The notes: generated by a model not told the origin, from the sequence alone. Numbered from the stretch's first letter, positions 8,109 to 15,527 are shown. The stretch is DNA of 32,000 nt from Thaumarchaeota archaeon casp-thauma3 (GCA_001510275.1 LFEY01000028.1:10607-42606), one strand, 5' to 3'. Translations and numbers: made by a program.

Positions 8109-8495
8109 ATGGTAAAAACACCTGCAGAGAAGTGGAAAGACACTATAGTGAAATATAGAAAACAATGTCAAAATATTCTAAAAATATCAAATAATATCAG
8201 ATATGCTGGAGCCATCAACGTATATGGTAGAACCTTAACAGGAATAATCAAATCAGATCTAACACCTCTATTAAAATCAGAACAAGTAAAAAATGAATTT
8301 TTTATAATTTCTACTTTGATGTCATTAAGAAAAAACACTGCAAGTACTGTTGGTAAGTTAGAACATGTAATTTTAAAACATCAAAAAATAATAATTGTGA
8401 TTTTACAGAAAAATGATATTACTTACTACATATCTATCAATAGAAAAGAAAAAAACATAGAGAAGATTATTACTTCAATAAAAAAGATAATCTAA
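8109..8495 (+). CDS. Hypothetical protein (128 aa)
   Basis: ORF with an ATG start and typical codon bias. It has an alpha/beta-looking pattern, and a Roadblock/LC7-like fold is only a weak guess. Its stop codon overlaps the stop of the convergent VOC gene. Confidence 0.55.
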   Translation: MVKTPAEKWKDTIVKYRKQCQNILKISNNIRYAGAINVYGRTLTGIIKSDLTPLLKSEQVKNEFFIISTLMSLRKNTASTVGKLEHVILKHQKIIIVILQKNDITYYISINRKEKNIEKIITSIKKII

Positions 8496-8905
8496 GCTGG
8501 GGTAAAGCCTTGATACCCGCCTGTTTGTTGAACTTTATCATCAAAGATTGGCTCAAACAAGGAAATTAGGTATTCATCAGGATCCAAAACCACTGCATTT
8601 TTTCCTGCATCTTTTTCTACAATATCACGATGAATCTTAACGCCTTTTTCTCTTAATTCATCGACTGCAGACTTTACATCACCCACAAGAAATCCTATTG
8701 TAATTCCATTGCCAATAGAACCACCAATATGTTGTTCAGTTAATGATGCTGGATGTAAACTCAATAAAGCCCCAGATGTACCTAAATCAATCCAAGATCG
8801 TCTTTGTTTTTTGATTGGAAGTCCTATAATTTCATGGTAAAATTGTAATGACTTGTCTAAGTCATTTACAGCCAAAATTACGTTTCCAACTCTTTTGATG
8901 TTCAC
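8492..8905 (-). CDS. Glyoxalase/bleomycin-resistance/dioxygenase (VOC) superfamily protein
   Basis: The core IKRVGNVILAVNDLDKSLQFYHEIIGLPI ... ITIGFLVGDVKSAVDELREKGVKI ... LDPDEYLISLFE shows the paired beta-alpha-beta-beta-beta VOC pattern. The track ORF extends to ATG 8980, but that would overlap the upstream RAM gene by 41 nt. GTG at 8905-8903, preceded by GGAGGT, sits just before the first VOC strand, so I prefer it. The start is uncertain. Confidence 0.75.
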   Translation of the reverse strand: MNIKRVGNVILAVNDLDKSLQFYHEIIGLPIKKQRRSWIDLGTSGALLSLHPASLTEQHIGGSIGNGITIGFLVGDVKSAVDELREKGVKIHRDIVEKDAGKNAVVLDPDEYLISLFEPIFDDKVQQTGGYQGFTPA

Positions 8906-8939
8906 AGTACACCTACCTCCAAGTTCTTTAAATCCATTG

Positions 8940-9158
8940 TCATTGAACTTCCACCATAGTCTCAGTCCTTTCCACACCATTGATTTTTTGAATTTGATTA
9001 GTCACTTCTTTAATCTGAACTAGTTGCTCAACATCAATTATTGCTACAGCATCAAATTGCCCACTTGTTGGAAAAGAATCAGAAATTGATGCAACCTTTC
9101 GTAATCTTGCAGCAATGAGTTTTTTTGGAGATTTTACCAAAATTATTGCCCTTACCAT
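8940..9158 (-). CDS. Stand-alone RAM domain protein (Lrp/AsnC ligand-binding domain only, no HTH)
   Basis: 72 aa. The pattern MVRAIILVKSP...FPTSGQFDAVAIIDVEQLVQIKEVTNQIQKINGVERTETMVEV matches the beta-alpha-beta-beta-alpha-beta AsnC_trans_reg/RAM fold. The ATG overlaps the stop of the upstream paralog (ATGGTAA). Confidence 0.7.
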   Translation of the reverse strand: MVRAIILVKSPKKLIAARLRKVASISDSFPTSGQFDAVAIIDVEQLVQIKEVTNQIQKINGVERTETMVEVQ

Positions 9159-9391
9159 CCTAAATTTACCTCCACTTCAATTAATGTTTCAGTAGTAACA
9201 ATACCTTTGATTTTTTTAAAATCAATTACCATATTGTTTATTTCATCCATACTTCCTCGCAAAAGCACGCTAATGTCTGCTCTTCCAGCTACAATCATAA
9301 TCTGTTTTACAATCTTACGTTTTTTCTTCAATATTGCAACTACTTCGTCTACCTTACCAGGTTTTACCATGATTAGACATAATGCACGCAT
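9152..9391 (-). CDS. Stand-alone RAM domain protein (Lrp/AsnC ligand-binding domain only)
   Basis: 79 aa. MRALCLIMVKPGKVDEVVAILKK...IMIVAGRADISVLLRGSMDEINNMVIDFKKIKGIVTTETLIEV shows the same RAM pattern as the downstream gene. Confidence 0.7.
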   Translation of the reverse strand: MRALCLIMVKPGKVDEVVAILKKKRKIVKQIMIVAGRADISVLLRGSMDEINNMVIDFKKIKGIVTTETLIEVEVNLGW

Positions 9392-9425
9392 GAATAGTAT
9401 ATGTCACAGGATCGGATAAAGATTC

Positions 9426-9683
9426 CTAGTCAGATGCTTCTTGGGATCTTGCTTCTTCAAGATATGCCCTTCGTTCTTCATTGACTTTTTCTTGATCAAT
9501 TTTAATATCATCATCAACTATGACAATACCTGCATCATCAAATTGGTCTTCTTTTGGTTTTTTACTCTTTGATGATGTTGATTTAGATTTTGGCTTAGTT
9601 TTAGCAGTCTTCTTCTTTGTAGTTTTTGCTTTAGTTGTTTTTGCTTTGCTTGCAGTTTTTTTAACAGTTTTTTTCCCAGCCAT
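9426..9683 (-). CDS. Small Lys/Thr/Ser-rich basic protein with a conserved acidic C-terminal block (paralog of 13856-14077)
   Basis: 85 aa: MAGKKTVKKTASKAKTTKAKTTKKKTAKTKPKSKSTSSKSKKPKEDQFDDAGIVIVDDDIKIDQEKVNEERRAYLEEARSQEASD. The C-terminal 40 aa aligns with the 73-aa ORF at 13856. TTTAAAAA lies 28 nt upstream of the ATG. Confidence 0.7.
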   Translation of the reverse strand: MAGKKTVKKTASKAKTTKAKTTKKKTAKTKPKSKSTSSKSKKPKEDQFDDAGIVIVDDDIKIDQEKVNEERRAYLEEARSQEASD

Positions 9684-9933
9684 GAATATCGAGAATCAAA
9701 AGATTGCCTTGTTTTTAAAGATTTTGTATGATTGTGTAATTTGTACAACCAATTAAGATTATAGAATTTTAGTACATGGTTTTTGAACATTAGATAAGAT
9801 AATTTTGTAGAAATATGGATCGTTTTTTTAGCGATCAAATAACGTATTATTTTTACAATTATACATGAATAACAAATCAACTTGCAACTAACAAAATTCT
9901 CGTTTAGATCTTTATTACAAATATTTGAAACAG

Positions 9934-10007
9934 TGCCGCGGGCGGGATTTGAACGCGCGACAGCCCGGTCTTCAGCCGAGTGCTCTCCCAGGCTGAGCTA
10001 CCACGGC
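9934..10007 (-). tRNA. tRNA-Phe (anticodon GAA), 74 nt, no encoded CCA, no intron
   Basis: The reverse complement folds by hand as acceptor GCCGTGG/CCGCGGC (one G-U pair), D arm GCTC-AGCCTGGGA-GAGC, anticodon arm CTCGG-CTGAAGA-CCGGG, variable CTGTC, T arm GCGCG-TTCAAAT-CCCGC (one C-C mismatch at 52:62) and discriminator A. Confidence 0.9.
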
Positions 10008-10050
10008 ACTCAGAAAAAGGCAATCATTTGAGGAATTAAAGTTTGTCTTT

Positions 10051-10590
10051 TTAGATCTTCCAGAGAATATCGTCCCTGTTTTTTCGTTTATTGATTAAAC
10101 GTCCCATTACAAAAAATAAATCAGATAGTCTGTTAAGATATTTGATACAATTTGAATTAATTTCGTCTTTTTCACTTAATTGAACTACTTTAGTTTCTGC
10201 TCTTCTCACAACAGTTCTAACATAATGTAGTTGTGCTGCAGCAATATCGCCTCCTGGCAAAATAAAATTTGCCAAAGGAGGGAGTTCTGATTCAAATTTG
10301 TCAATGTATTGTTCTAATTTTTCAACCATATCTAATGTAACTCTGTTTTTTACATCATTTAAGTTAGGATTTGAAAGGTCTGCCCCAACTAAAAATAGAT
10401 CATTTTGAATGGCTGTTAGAATTTTTGTAATGTCTTCATCTAATGAATTTGCTAGAACAATTCCCAAAGCAGCATTTGCTTCATCTACTGTACCATAAGA
10501 TAGAATTCTTGGATGAGATTTGGCTATTCTAAAATTTCCTTGTAGGCCAGTATTCCCATCATCTCCAGTCTTGGTGTAAATCTTCATCAA
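10051..10590 (-). CDS. pduO: ATP:cob(I)alamin adenosyltransferase, PduO/MMAB type
   Basis: 179 aa. The N-terminus MKIYTKTGDDGNTGL is the hallmark ATP-binding motif of PduO-type adenosyltransferases. The remainder looks like a helical bundle. Confidence 0.88.
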   Translation of the reverse strand: MMKIYTKTGDDGNTGLQGNFRIAKSHPRILSYGTVDEANAALGIVLANSLDEDITKILTAIQNDLFLVGADLSNPNLNDVKNRVTLDMVEKLEQYIDKFESELPPLANFILPGGDIAAAQLHYVRTVVRRAETKVVQLSEKDEINSNCIKYLNRLSDLFFVMGRLINKRKNRDDILWKI

Positions 10591-10679
10591 CTTATCATGG
10601 CAAAATTAACTATTATGTTGTTCGAAATTATACCATATGAAAATTCATTAGGAGAAAATATTATCAATATTATAATAAA

Positions 10680-11210
10680 ATGAACCTGGATTTTTTCAAA
10701 ACTGCGGCAAATCTCAAAAAAATATCTAGACAAGGCTGGATAGATAAACTATCAATAGATAATCCAGAATCCGTTGCAGACCACAGTTATTCAATGGCAG
10801 TAATGAGTATGATACTATCAGATTTAGAAAATTATGATTCTGAAAAAGTTATCAAAATGGCACTGTTGCATGATTTGGCTGAATCAAAAATTGGAGACTA
10901 TACTCCTGATCAATTAAGTAAAGAAAAAAAGATGGAGATGGAAAACAATGCATTTCAAGAAATTATTAAAAATTTACCTGATTCAATTAAATCAAAATAT
11001 TTACAAATTTGGAAAGAATATCAAGAAAACATTTCTCCTGAATCAAAACTAGTACATCAAATTGATAGACTAGAGATGGCACTTCAAGCTAAAATCTATG
11101 AAAAAGACGGACATTCTAAAGTAAATCTAGAATCTTTTTTTGAATCAGCAAAAGTAGAGATTACTAATCCCACACTAAAAGAATTATTTACAAAGATTAT
11201 AAATACATAG
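10680..11210 (+). CDS. HD-domain phosphohydrolase (YfbR/HDDC2-like 5'-deoxynucleotidase family)
   Basis: 176 aa. It has the metal ligand pattern H...HD...D: ESVADHSYSMAV, LLHDLAESKIGDYTP and HQIDRLEM. Confidence 0.82.
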   Translation: MNLDFFKTAANLKKISRQGWIDKLSIDNPESVADHSYSMAVMSMILSDLENYDSEKVIKMALLHDLAESKIGDYTPDQLSKEKKMEMENNAFQEIIKNLPDSIKSKYLQIWKEYQENISPESKLVHQIDRLEMALQAKIYEKDGHSKVNLESFFESAKVEITNPTLKELFTKIINT

Positions 11211-11215
11211 TAAAA

Positions 11216-11440
11216 ATGTCTGAGAAAACTAAAGATGAGTTAATTGATGCACAAAAACAAATAATTGGGATATTGTTTGAAGTAATTAAAAGACTACAAG
11301 CAAATAATGATCTAGATGAAGAATATTTTCAGTTAATTGCTAAAGAAGATAAAAACACAACTCGTCTCAAAGAAATTATTAATGAAAGAACCGAAAATGC
11401 AAAAATTGTTGGACGTTTATTAAAACAATTAGAAACTTAA
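11216..11440 (+). CDS. Hypothetical small helical protein (74 aa)
   Basis: Track ORF with an ATG start 5 nt after the HD gene stop. The sequence is all-helical and charged. I recognise no family. Confidence 0.5.
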   Translation: MSEKTKDELIDAQKQIIGILFEVIKRLQANNDLDEEYFQLIAKEDKNTTRLKEIINERTENAKIVGRLLKQLET

Positions 11441-11442
11441 TT

Positions 11443-11736
11443 TTAACAACCACAATCATCATCAGAAATTATTCTTAGATGAGCTGTTTGTTGATATTTA
11501 TCTTGAACATAGTTTGAAAGATTTACAATTCTGATTCGGGGTTCTTTAGTTTTCCAGTTACCTTCATTTTCAAACCAAAACTCAATTTCATCAATATTGT
11601 ATCTCTCACCACTTTCAACAAGTACTTTAAAGATAGACTTTATTTCCTCAATTTCTGATTCAGATAGTTTTGATTTGTCTTCAACTATAGCAGTTATTTC
11701 ATTTAGTTTGATTATCACATTGTTTGTAAGAGGCAT
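11443..11736 (-). CDS. Hypothetical protein (97 aa) ending in DDDCGC
   Basis: Track ORF with an ATG start, convergent with the 74-aa ORF (2-nt gap). The overlapping plus ORF 11597-11836 looks like a mirror frame. Confidence 0.5.
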   Translation of the reverse strand: MPLTNNVIIKLNEITAIVEDKSKLSESEIEEIKSIFKVLVESGERYNIDEIEFWFENEGNWKTKEPRIRIVNLSNYVQDKYQQTAHLRIISDDDCGC

Positions 11737-11805
11737 AAATTCAATGAATTTAGGAATCTATAACAATCTTTTGAAGAGAAACTGTTTTTATAATAATCCC
11801 AGTAT

Positions 11806-12162
11806 TTGGGAAACATGCAATATTTTCAGGCATTAAAACTAGGTCAAAAAAGAGTTGCAGTTGCAAGAGAGTACCTAAACAAATTGACTGATGGTCGGGC
11901 AATGCCTGCACTTGCCTTAATTGACAATAAATCTAACGTATGGGAAGCAGTAGGAGAAGAAAATCTATATGCATTTGTAGATGAATCTGCAGGGTTTGTT
12001 TTGACTGATGATAGTGGTTTTATTCTTGCACTAGTGGATAAAACTGGTTCTTCAAAGACAATAGTTCAAGGCGTTACAAAACAACAAAAAGAAAACTTGG
12101 AAAAATCATTTGAGGCAGATCACATTCCAAAATTTGAAGGCAAAGTTATTCTCCCAGTATAG
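11806..12162 (+). CDS. Hypothetical protein (118 aa; 115 aa from ATG 11815)
   Basis: The track ORF begins at TTG 11806. The first ATG at 11815 (MQYFQALKLG...) is the more likely start. I recognise no motif. Confidence 0.55.
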   Translation: MGNMQYFQALKLGQKRVAVAREYLNKLTDGRAMPALALIDNKSNVWEAVGEENLYAFVDESAGFVLTDDSGFILALVDKTGSSKTIVQGVTKQQKENLEKSFEADHIPKFEGKVILPV

Positions 12163-12212
12163 CCTCAAATCAAAACGTAACCTTTAGTTATCATAATGTA
12201 CAGAGTAATAAA

Positions 12213-13442
12213 ATGAAGAAGTTTTCTCAAGAGATTGAAGTCAGTGGACATCTAATTGATTCTTTGATTTTAACTAAGATATTTGATAAAATAATGGACC
12301 TTAAAGGAGAATTCCAGGTACAAGAAATCAATATAGGTAAAAAGAAAAAAGACAAATCATACACACGATTACTTGTTCAAGGAAAAGATCAGAGGCATCT
12401 AGATACAATTTTAGAAACAATTTATCGAGAAGGTGCAGTATCTAAAATTCAAAAAGAAATAACATTAAAAAAATCTCCAAAAAATTATGTAATGCCTGAT
12501 AATTTTTACAGCACTACAAACAATCACACACAAGTTTTCCATAAAGGACGATGGATTCAAGTTGGAAATATGATGATGGACAAATGTATTGTTGTAAAGG
12601 GAAACAAAGCATTTTGTGTACCAGTAAGAGATGTTAAAAAAGGAGACCAAATAATAATTGGAGAAAAAGGAATCAAAATCACCCCACCTGAACGTCCAAG
12701 AGAAGGAGTTAATGTTTTTGAATTTATGGGAAGTTCAAGCTCTAGTGAAAGACCAACTCAACACATTGCAAATAAAGTTGCAGAAGACATCTACAATACC
12801 AAAAAGAAAGGTGGAAAAATAGTAATTGTTGGAGGTCCTGCAATAGTGCATACTGGCGCAGATGATGCAGTTTCTGAACTAATCAAATTAGGATATATTG
12901 ATGGGGTATTGGCAGGAAATGCCCTTGCAGTTCATGATATTGAATATGCTACACTTGGAACATCACTTGGAATGAATGTAAAAGATGCAACATTAGCATA
13001 CCACGGACATAGAAATCACATGGATGCAATTAATGCAGTATTCAAAGCAGGATCTATTGCAAATATGGTAAAGACTAAGAAATTGACAAAAGGAATCATG
13101 TATGAATGTGTAAAAAACAAAGTACCATTCGTATTGGCAAGTTCAATTCGAGATGATGGCCCATTACCAGATGTAATAACCAATGTTACTGAAGCACAAC
13201 GAGAATACAAAAAAGTTCTAAAAGATGCAAGCATGGTGATTATGATTTCAACTATGCTTCATTCTATTGCAACTGGAAACATGCTTCCAGCAGATGTCAA
13301 AGTAATTGTTATTGATATCAATCAACCAACAGTTACCAAACTCATGGATAGAGGAACATGGCAAGCACTAGGAATTGTAACTGATGTCGGGGCATTTTTA
13401 CCAATGGTTGTACAACAGATTAGAAAAAAGAAACGATCTTAG
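12213..13442 (+). CDS. LOR/SDH conserved-domain protein of the TIGR00300 type (archaeal AgrE/ArgZ-like putative ornithine cyclodeaminase)
   Basis: 409 aa. The N-terminal EVSGHLIDSLILTKIFDKIMDL small domain followed by a Rossmann-like VIVGGPAIVHTGA region matches my recollection of this archaeal family. The ORF itself is certain. The function call is from memory only. Confidence 0.6.
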   Translation: MKKFSQEIEVSGHLIDSLILTKIFDKIMDLKGEFQVQEINIGKKKKDKSYTRLLVQGKDQRHLDTILETIYREGAVSKIQKEITLKKSPKNYVMPDNFYSTTNNHTQVFHKGRWIQVGNMMMDKCIVVKGNKAFCVPVRDVKKGDQIIIGEKGIKITPPERPREGVNVFEFMGSSSSSERPTQHIANKVAEDIYNTKKKGGKIVIVGGPAIVHTGADDAVSELIKLGYIDGVLAGNALAVHDIEYATLGTSLGMNVKDATLAYHGHRNHMDAINAVFKAGSIANMVKTKKLTKGIMYECVKNKVPFVLASSIRDDGPLPDVITNVTEAQREYKKVLKDASMVIMISTMLHSIATGNMLPADVKVIVIDINQPTVTKLMDRGTWQALGIVTDVGAFLPMVVQQIRKKKRS

Positions 13443-13544
13443 GCACCAAGATAAAATTTCAGATTTAACCTTTACGTCGTTTGTAGTCTAATAGTTTTGC
13501 TATAAAATATTCAAAGGTGTTAACGAGTTTATCGACAAAGAGTA

Positions 13545-13565
13545 AAAAGGGAAAGCCCCCCTTTT
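13545..13565. terminator. Hairpin AAAAGGG-N7-CCCTTTT; on the minus-strand transcript it is followed by a T5 run
   Basis: Read directly: 13545-13551 AAAAGGG pairs with 13559-13565 CCCTTTT. It lies about 100 nt downstream of the 12213-13442 gene and about 45 nt downstream of the candidate small minus-strand ORF (13612-13698). Its role as a terminator is inferred. Confidence 0.3.
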
Positions 13566-13611
13566 CACGAACAAAAAATCCCACTAATCCACGTTATAAT
13601 GTAGAATATGT

Positions 13612-13698
13612 TTAGTTGGAATTTTGTTTATTCTCTTTACGTCTTTTCTGTTTAGCCCCGCCACCAATATTATGTCCACGGGGTAATTTCTTAGTCAT
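13612..13698 (-). CDS. Candidate very small basic protein, 28 aa
   Basis: Hand translation from ATG (13698-13696) to TAA (13614-13612) gives MTKKLPRGHNIGGGAKQKRRKENKQNSN. CTTAAAT lies 26 nt upstream of the ATG on the coding strand, and a hairpin plus T-run lies downstream. It could equally be non-coding. Confidence 0.3.
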   Translation of the reverse strand: MTKKLPRGHNIGGGAKQKRRKENKQNSN

Positions 13699-13855
13699 TT
13701 CTATTCATTTTTTCCCTATCGTTCATTTAAGCGTGTTGGAGTTTAGGAAATAATAATACTTTAAAACATTCTAAATTATTATGAGTATTTCACCTGAATT
13801 AGTTGGAATTTTGCATAATGTTTAATAATATACGATCAGATAATTTTTTAAATAT

Positions 13856-14077
13856 ATGGCAAGAAAAAAAACAACGATTGCTACGGGAAAAAAGAAAAAG
13901 ACTTCAAAAACCAAAGAAACAAAAGCAGAGTCTACAAAGAGAGAAAAATCATATGAGATAGCATATGATTCTGGATTAATTATCATAGATGATGATTTAA
14001 TGAGGAATAAAGAGATGGAGATGGAAGAAAGACGACTATATTTAGAAGAAGCACGTTCTCAAGAATCTTTTGATTAA
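13856..14077 (+). CDS. Small Lys-rich basic protein with a conserved acidic C-terminal block (paralog of 9426-9683)
   Basis: 73 aa: MARKKTTIATGKKKKTSKTKETKAESTKREKSYEIAYDSGLIIIDDDLMRNKEMEMEERRLYLEEARSQESFD. It shares G(I/L)(V/I)I(V/I)DDD and EERRxYLEEARSQExxD with the 85-aa ORF. TTTAATAATA lies 25 nt upstream of the ATG. Confidence 0.7.
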   Translation: MARKKTTIATGKKKKTSKTKETKAESTKREKSYEIAYDSGLIIIDDDLMRNKEMEMEERRLYLEEARSQESFD

Positions 14078-14088
14078 TCTGATCTTAA

Positions 14089-14370
14089 TTGTATAATGAC
14101 CCAATTACAAGCATTAATGTAGATTCAAAGAGATTACTTTGTGTGATAAAAGCCTTAAAAATAGACAAATTAAGAGCCAATTTGTTAGGAACAATTCTAA
14201 AAGTAGATAAATGTGAGAAGAAAGAGATTCCAAAAGAGAAATTTAATGGCAGTGCTCTTGATGTAATGAAAAAACAGTCTAAAGAAATCACTGATTTAAG
14301 ACATGATGAGATGGTTTGTCTCTACAAGTATGTTGGCGAACTGGAAAGAACGCATCATCATTTCAAGTAG
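14089..14370 (+). CDS. Hypothetical protein (93 aa)
   Basis: Track ORF, charged and helical-looking, co-oriented with and 11 nt after the 73-aa gene. It is preferred over the overlapping minus ORF 14085-14291, whose product is Phe/Ser/Leu-rich like a mirror frame. Confidence 0.45.
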   Translation: MYNDPITSINVDSKRLLCVIKALKIDKLRANLLGTILKVDKCEKKEIPKEKFNGSALDVMKKQSKEITDLRHDEMVCLYKYVGELERTHHHFK

Positions 14371-14564
14371 AAATAGATCTTTTCTAATATCTAATAACAG
14401 ATTCCATTGCAAGTCAATCTCGTAATGCTCAAAATGTTAAAAATCATCATGTAACTCAAATCTCTCAGGAAAATTAAAACAAAACTAGTCCCTTTTAGCG
14501 TTTACGTATAACAAAACTGGATAAATGCTACGCGTCTTTTAAATCAAAAAAAACAGCACATTAC

Positions 14565-15527
14565 TTGATGAACAGATACAGATCTTATTCGTTAGGGATG
14601 ATTCTACTGTTAATGTTATTAACTAGCATACCTGCATTTGCAGAAGTCACAAGTTTACAAACGGATTATGATTCATTTTACAAAGGAGGTAAAATGAAAA
14701 TTTCTGGTACTGTAGAAGAAGGAACTAATGGTTTAGTATCAATTGTAATCCGTGATCTTGATGATGAATTTGTAATGCTTATACAAACATTGATCGACTA
14801 TGATGATTCATTTGAAAAAACCATAAAAATTAGTGATAAATTTTCGAAGCATGGAATCTACAATGCAACTGGGTTTATTCTTAATATGACAAAGGGGATT
14901 ACTACTAATTTTGGTGTTTCATTAAATGGGGTTCCAATAATTCTAAAGGAACCACCTATTGAAGAAGTACCTATTGAGGAAACAGTTGTTGAAGAAGTAC
15001 CTATTGAGGAAACAGAGATGCAAGATACAACCACAGCAACTATTGCTAGTTTTGTAGACCCTAGTAAAGACCCTCAACACTATATTGATAGATACAATAA
15101 TGAATCAATTTACAAAAATTGGTTCGATACAAACTATCCTGATTTAACTATAGAAGAAGCAGTAGGGTATACGGATAATATTTCAGAGTTAAAAACTACA
15201 GTTCAAGAATTAATTGATAAAGAAATCATACCTGAAGCAGAAGCAACATCCATAGTAATGCCAACGCCGCAATCAAATAATAATTTGGAGATTATGCAAA
15301 TTTCACTTGTAGTAGTTGGGATAATGGCATTATTTGGAGCAATTTATGGAGTCAAAAGAAAAGGAGATGATAATTCTAAACGAATTTCTATCAATAAAGA
15401 GACAATAAGGCAAAAAATTATTCGACCAATTATTGGATCAAATCCTAAAGATATTCTCCAAACAAGACTAGCAAGAGGGGAAATTACTATAGAAGAATAT
15501 GATAAAATAAAATTAAAATTATATTAA
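14565..15527 (+). CDS. Secreted, membrane-anchored protein with an acidic tandem-repeat linker and a cytoplasmic C-terminal SHOCT domain
   Basis: 320 aa (TTG 14565; ATG 14568 is the likely start). It has a signal peptide LGMILLLMLLTSIPAFA-EV, the repeat (I/V)EEVPIEET(V/E) x2, the TM helix ISLVVVGIMALFGAIYGV followed by KRKGDD, and a C-terminus LARGEITIEEYDKIKLKLY that matches the SHOCT consensus. Confidence 0.8.
   Translation: MMNRYRSYSLGMILLLMLLTSIPAFAEVTSLQTDYDSFYKGGKMKISGTVEEGTNGLVSIVIRDLDDEFVMLIQTLIDYDDSFEKTIKISDKFSKHGIYNATGFILNMTKGITTNFGVSLNGVPIILKEPPIEEVPIEETVVEEVPIEETEMQDTTTATIASFVDPSKDPQHYIDRYNNESIYKNWFDTNYPDLTIEEAVGYTDNISELKTTVQELIDKEIIPEAEATSIVMPTPQSNNNLEIMQISLVVVGIMALFGAIYGVKRKGDDNSKRISINKETIRQKIIRPIIGSNPKDILQTRLARGEITIEEYDKIKLKLY
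14961..15015 (+). repeat. In-frame tandem duplication, period 30 nt (25-nt identical core GAAGAAGTACCTATTGAGGAAACAG x2)
   Basis: Read directly: 14961-14985 and 14991-15015 are identical. They encode EEVPIEET twice inside the 14565-15527 gene. Confidence 0.85.

Noticed and set aside
9518-9880. 120-aa minus ORF and 78-aa plus ORF (9520-9756) overlapping the Lys-rich protein gene
   Set aside because: These are alternative or mirror frames of an AAG/AAA-rich low-complexity region. The 9426-9683 frame is the one supported by the paralog at 13856-14077.
9934-10007. tRNA-Phe as a possible integration site for a mobile element, with the inverted Lys-rich paralogs as island boundaries
   Set aside because: No integrase, transposase or phage-like gene lies on either side. 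I found no duplicated copy of the tRNA 3' half by eye. The region between is housekeeping-like with uniform composition, and the paralogs are too diverged at the DNA level to be att or IR ends.
10597-10683. 28-aa ORF (MAKLTIMLFEIIPYENSLGENIINIIIK) ending in an ATGA overlap with the HD-domain gene start
   Set aside because: It would begin 7 nt from the divergent pduO start codon. It would also occupy the entire 89-bp spacer that must hold two divergent promoters, and its composition looks like translated AT-rich spacer.
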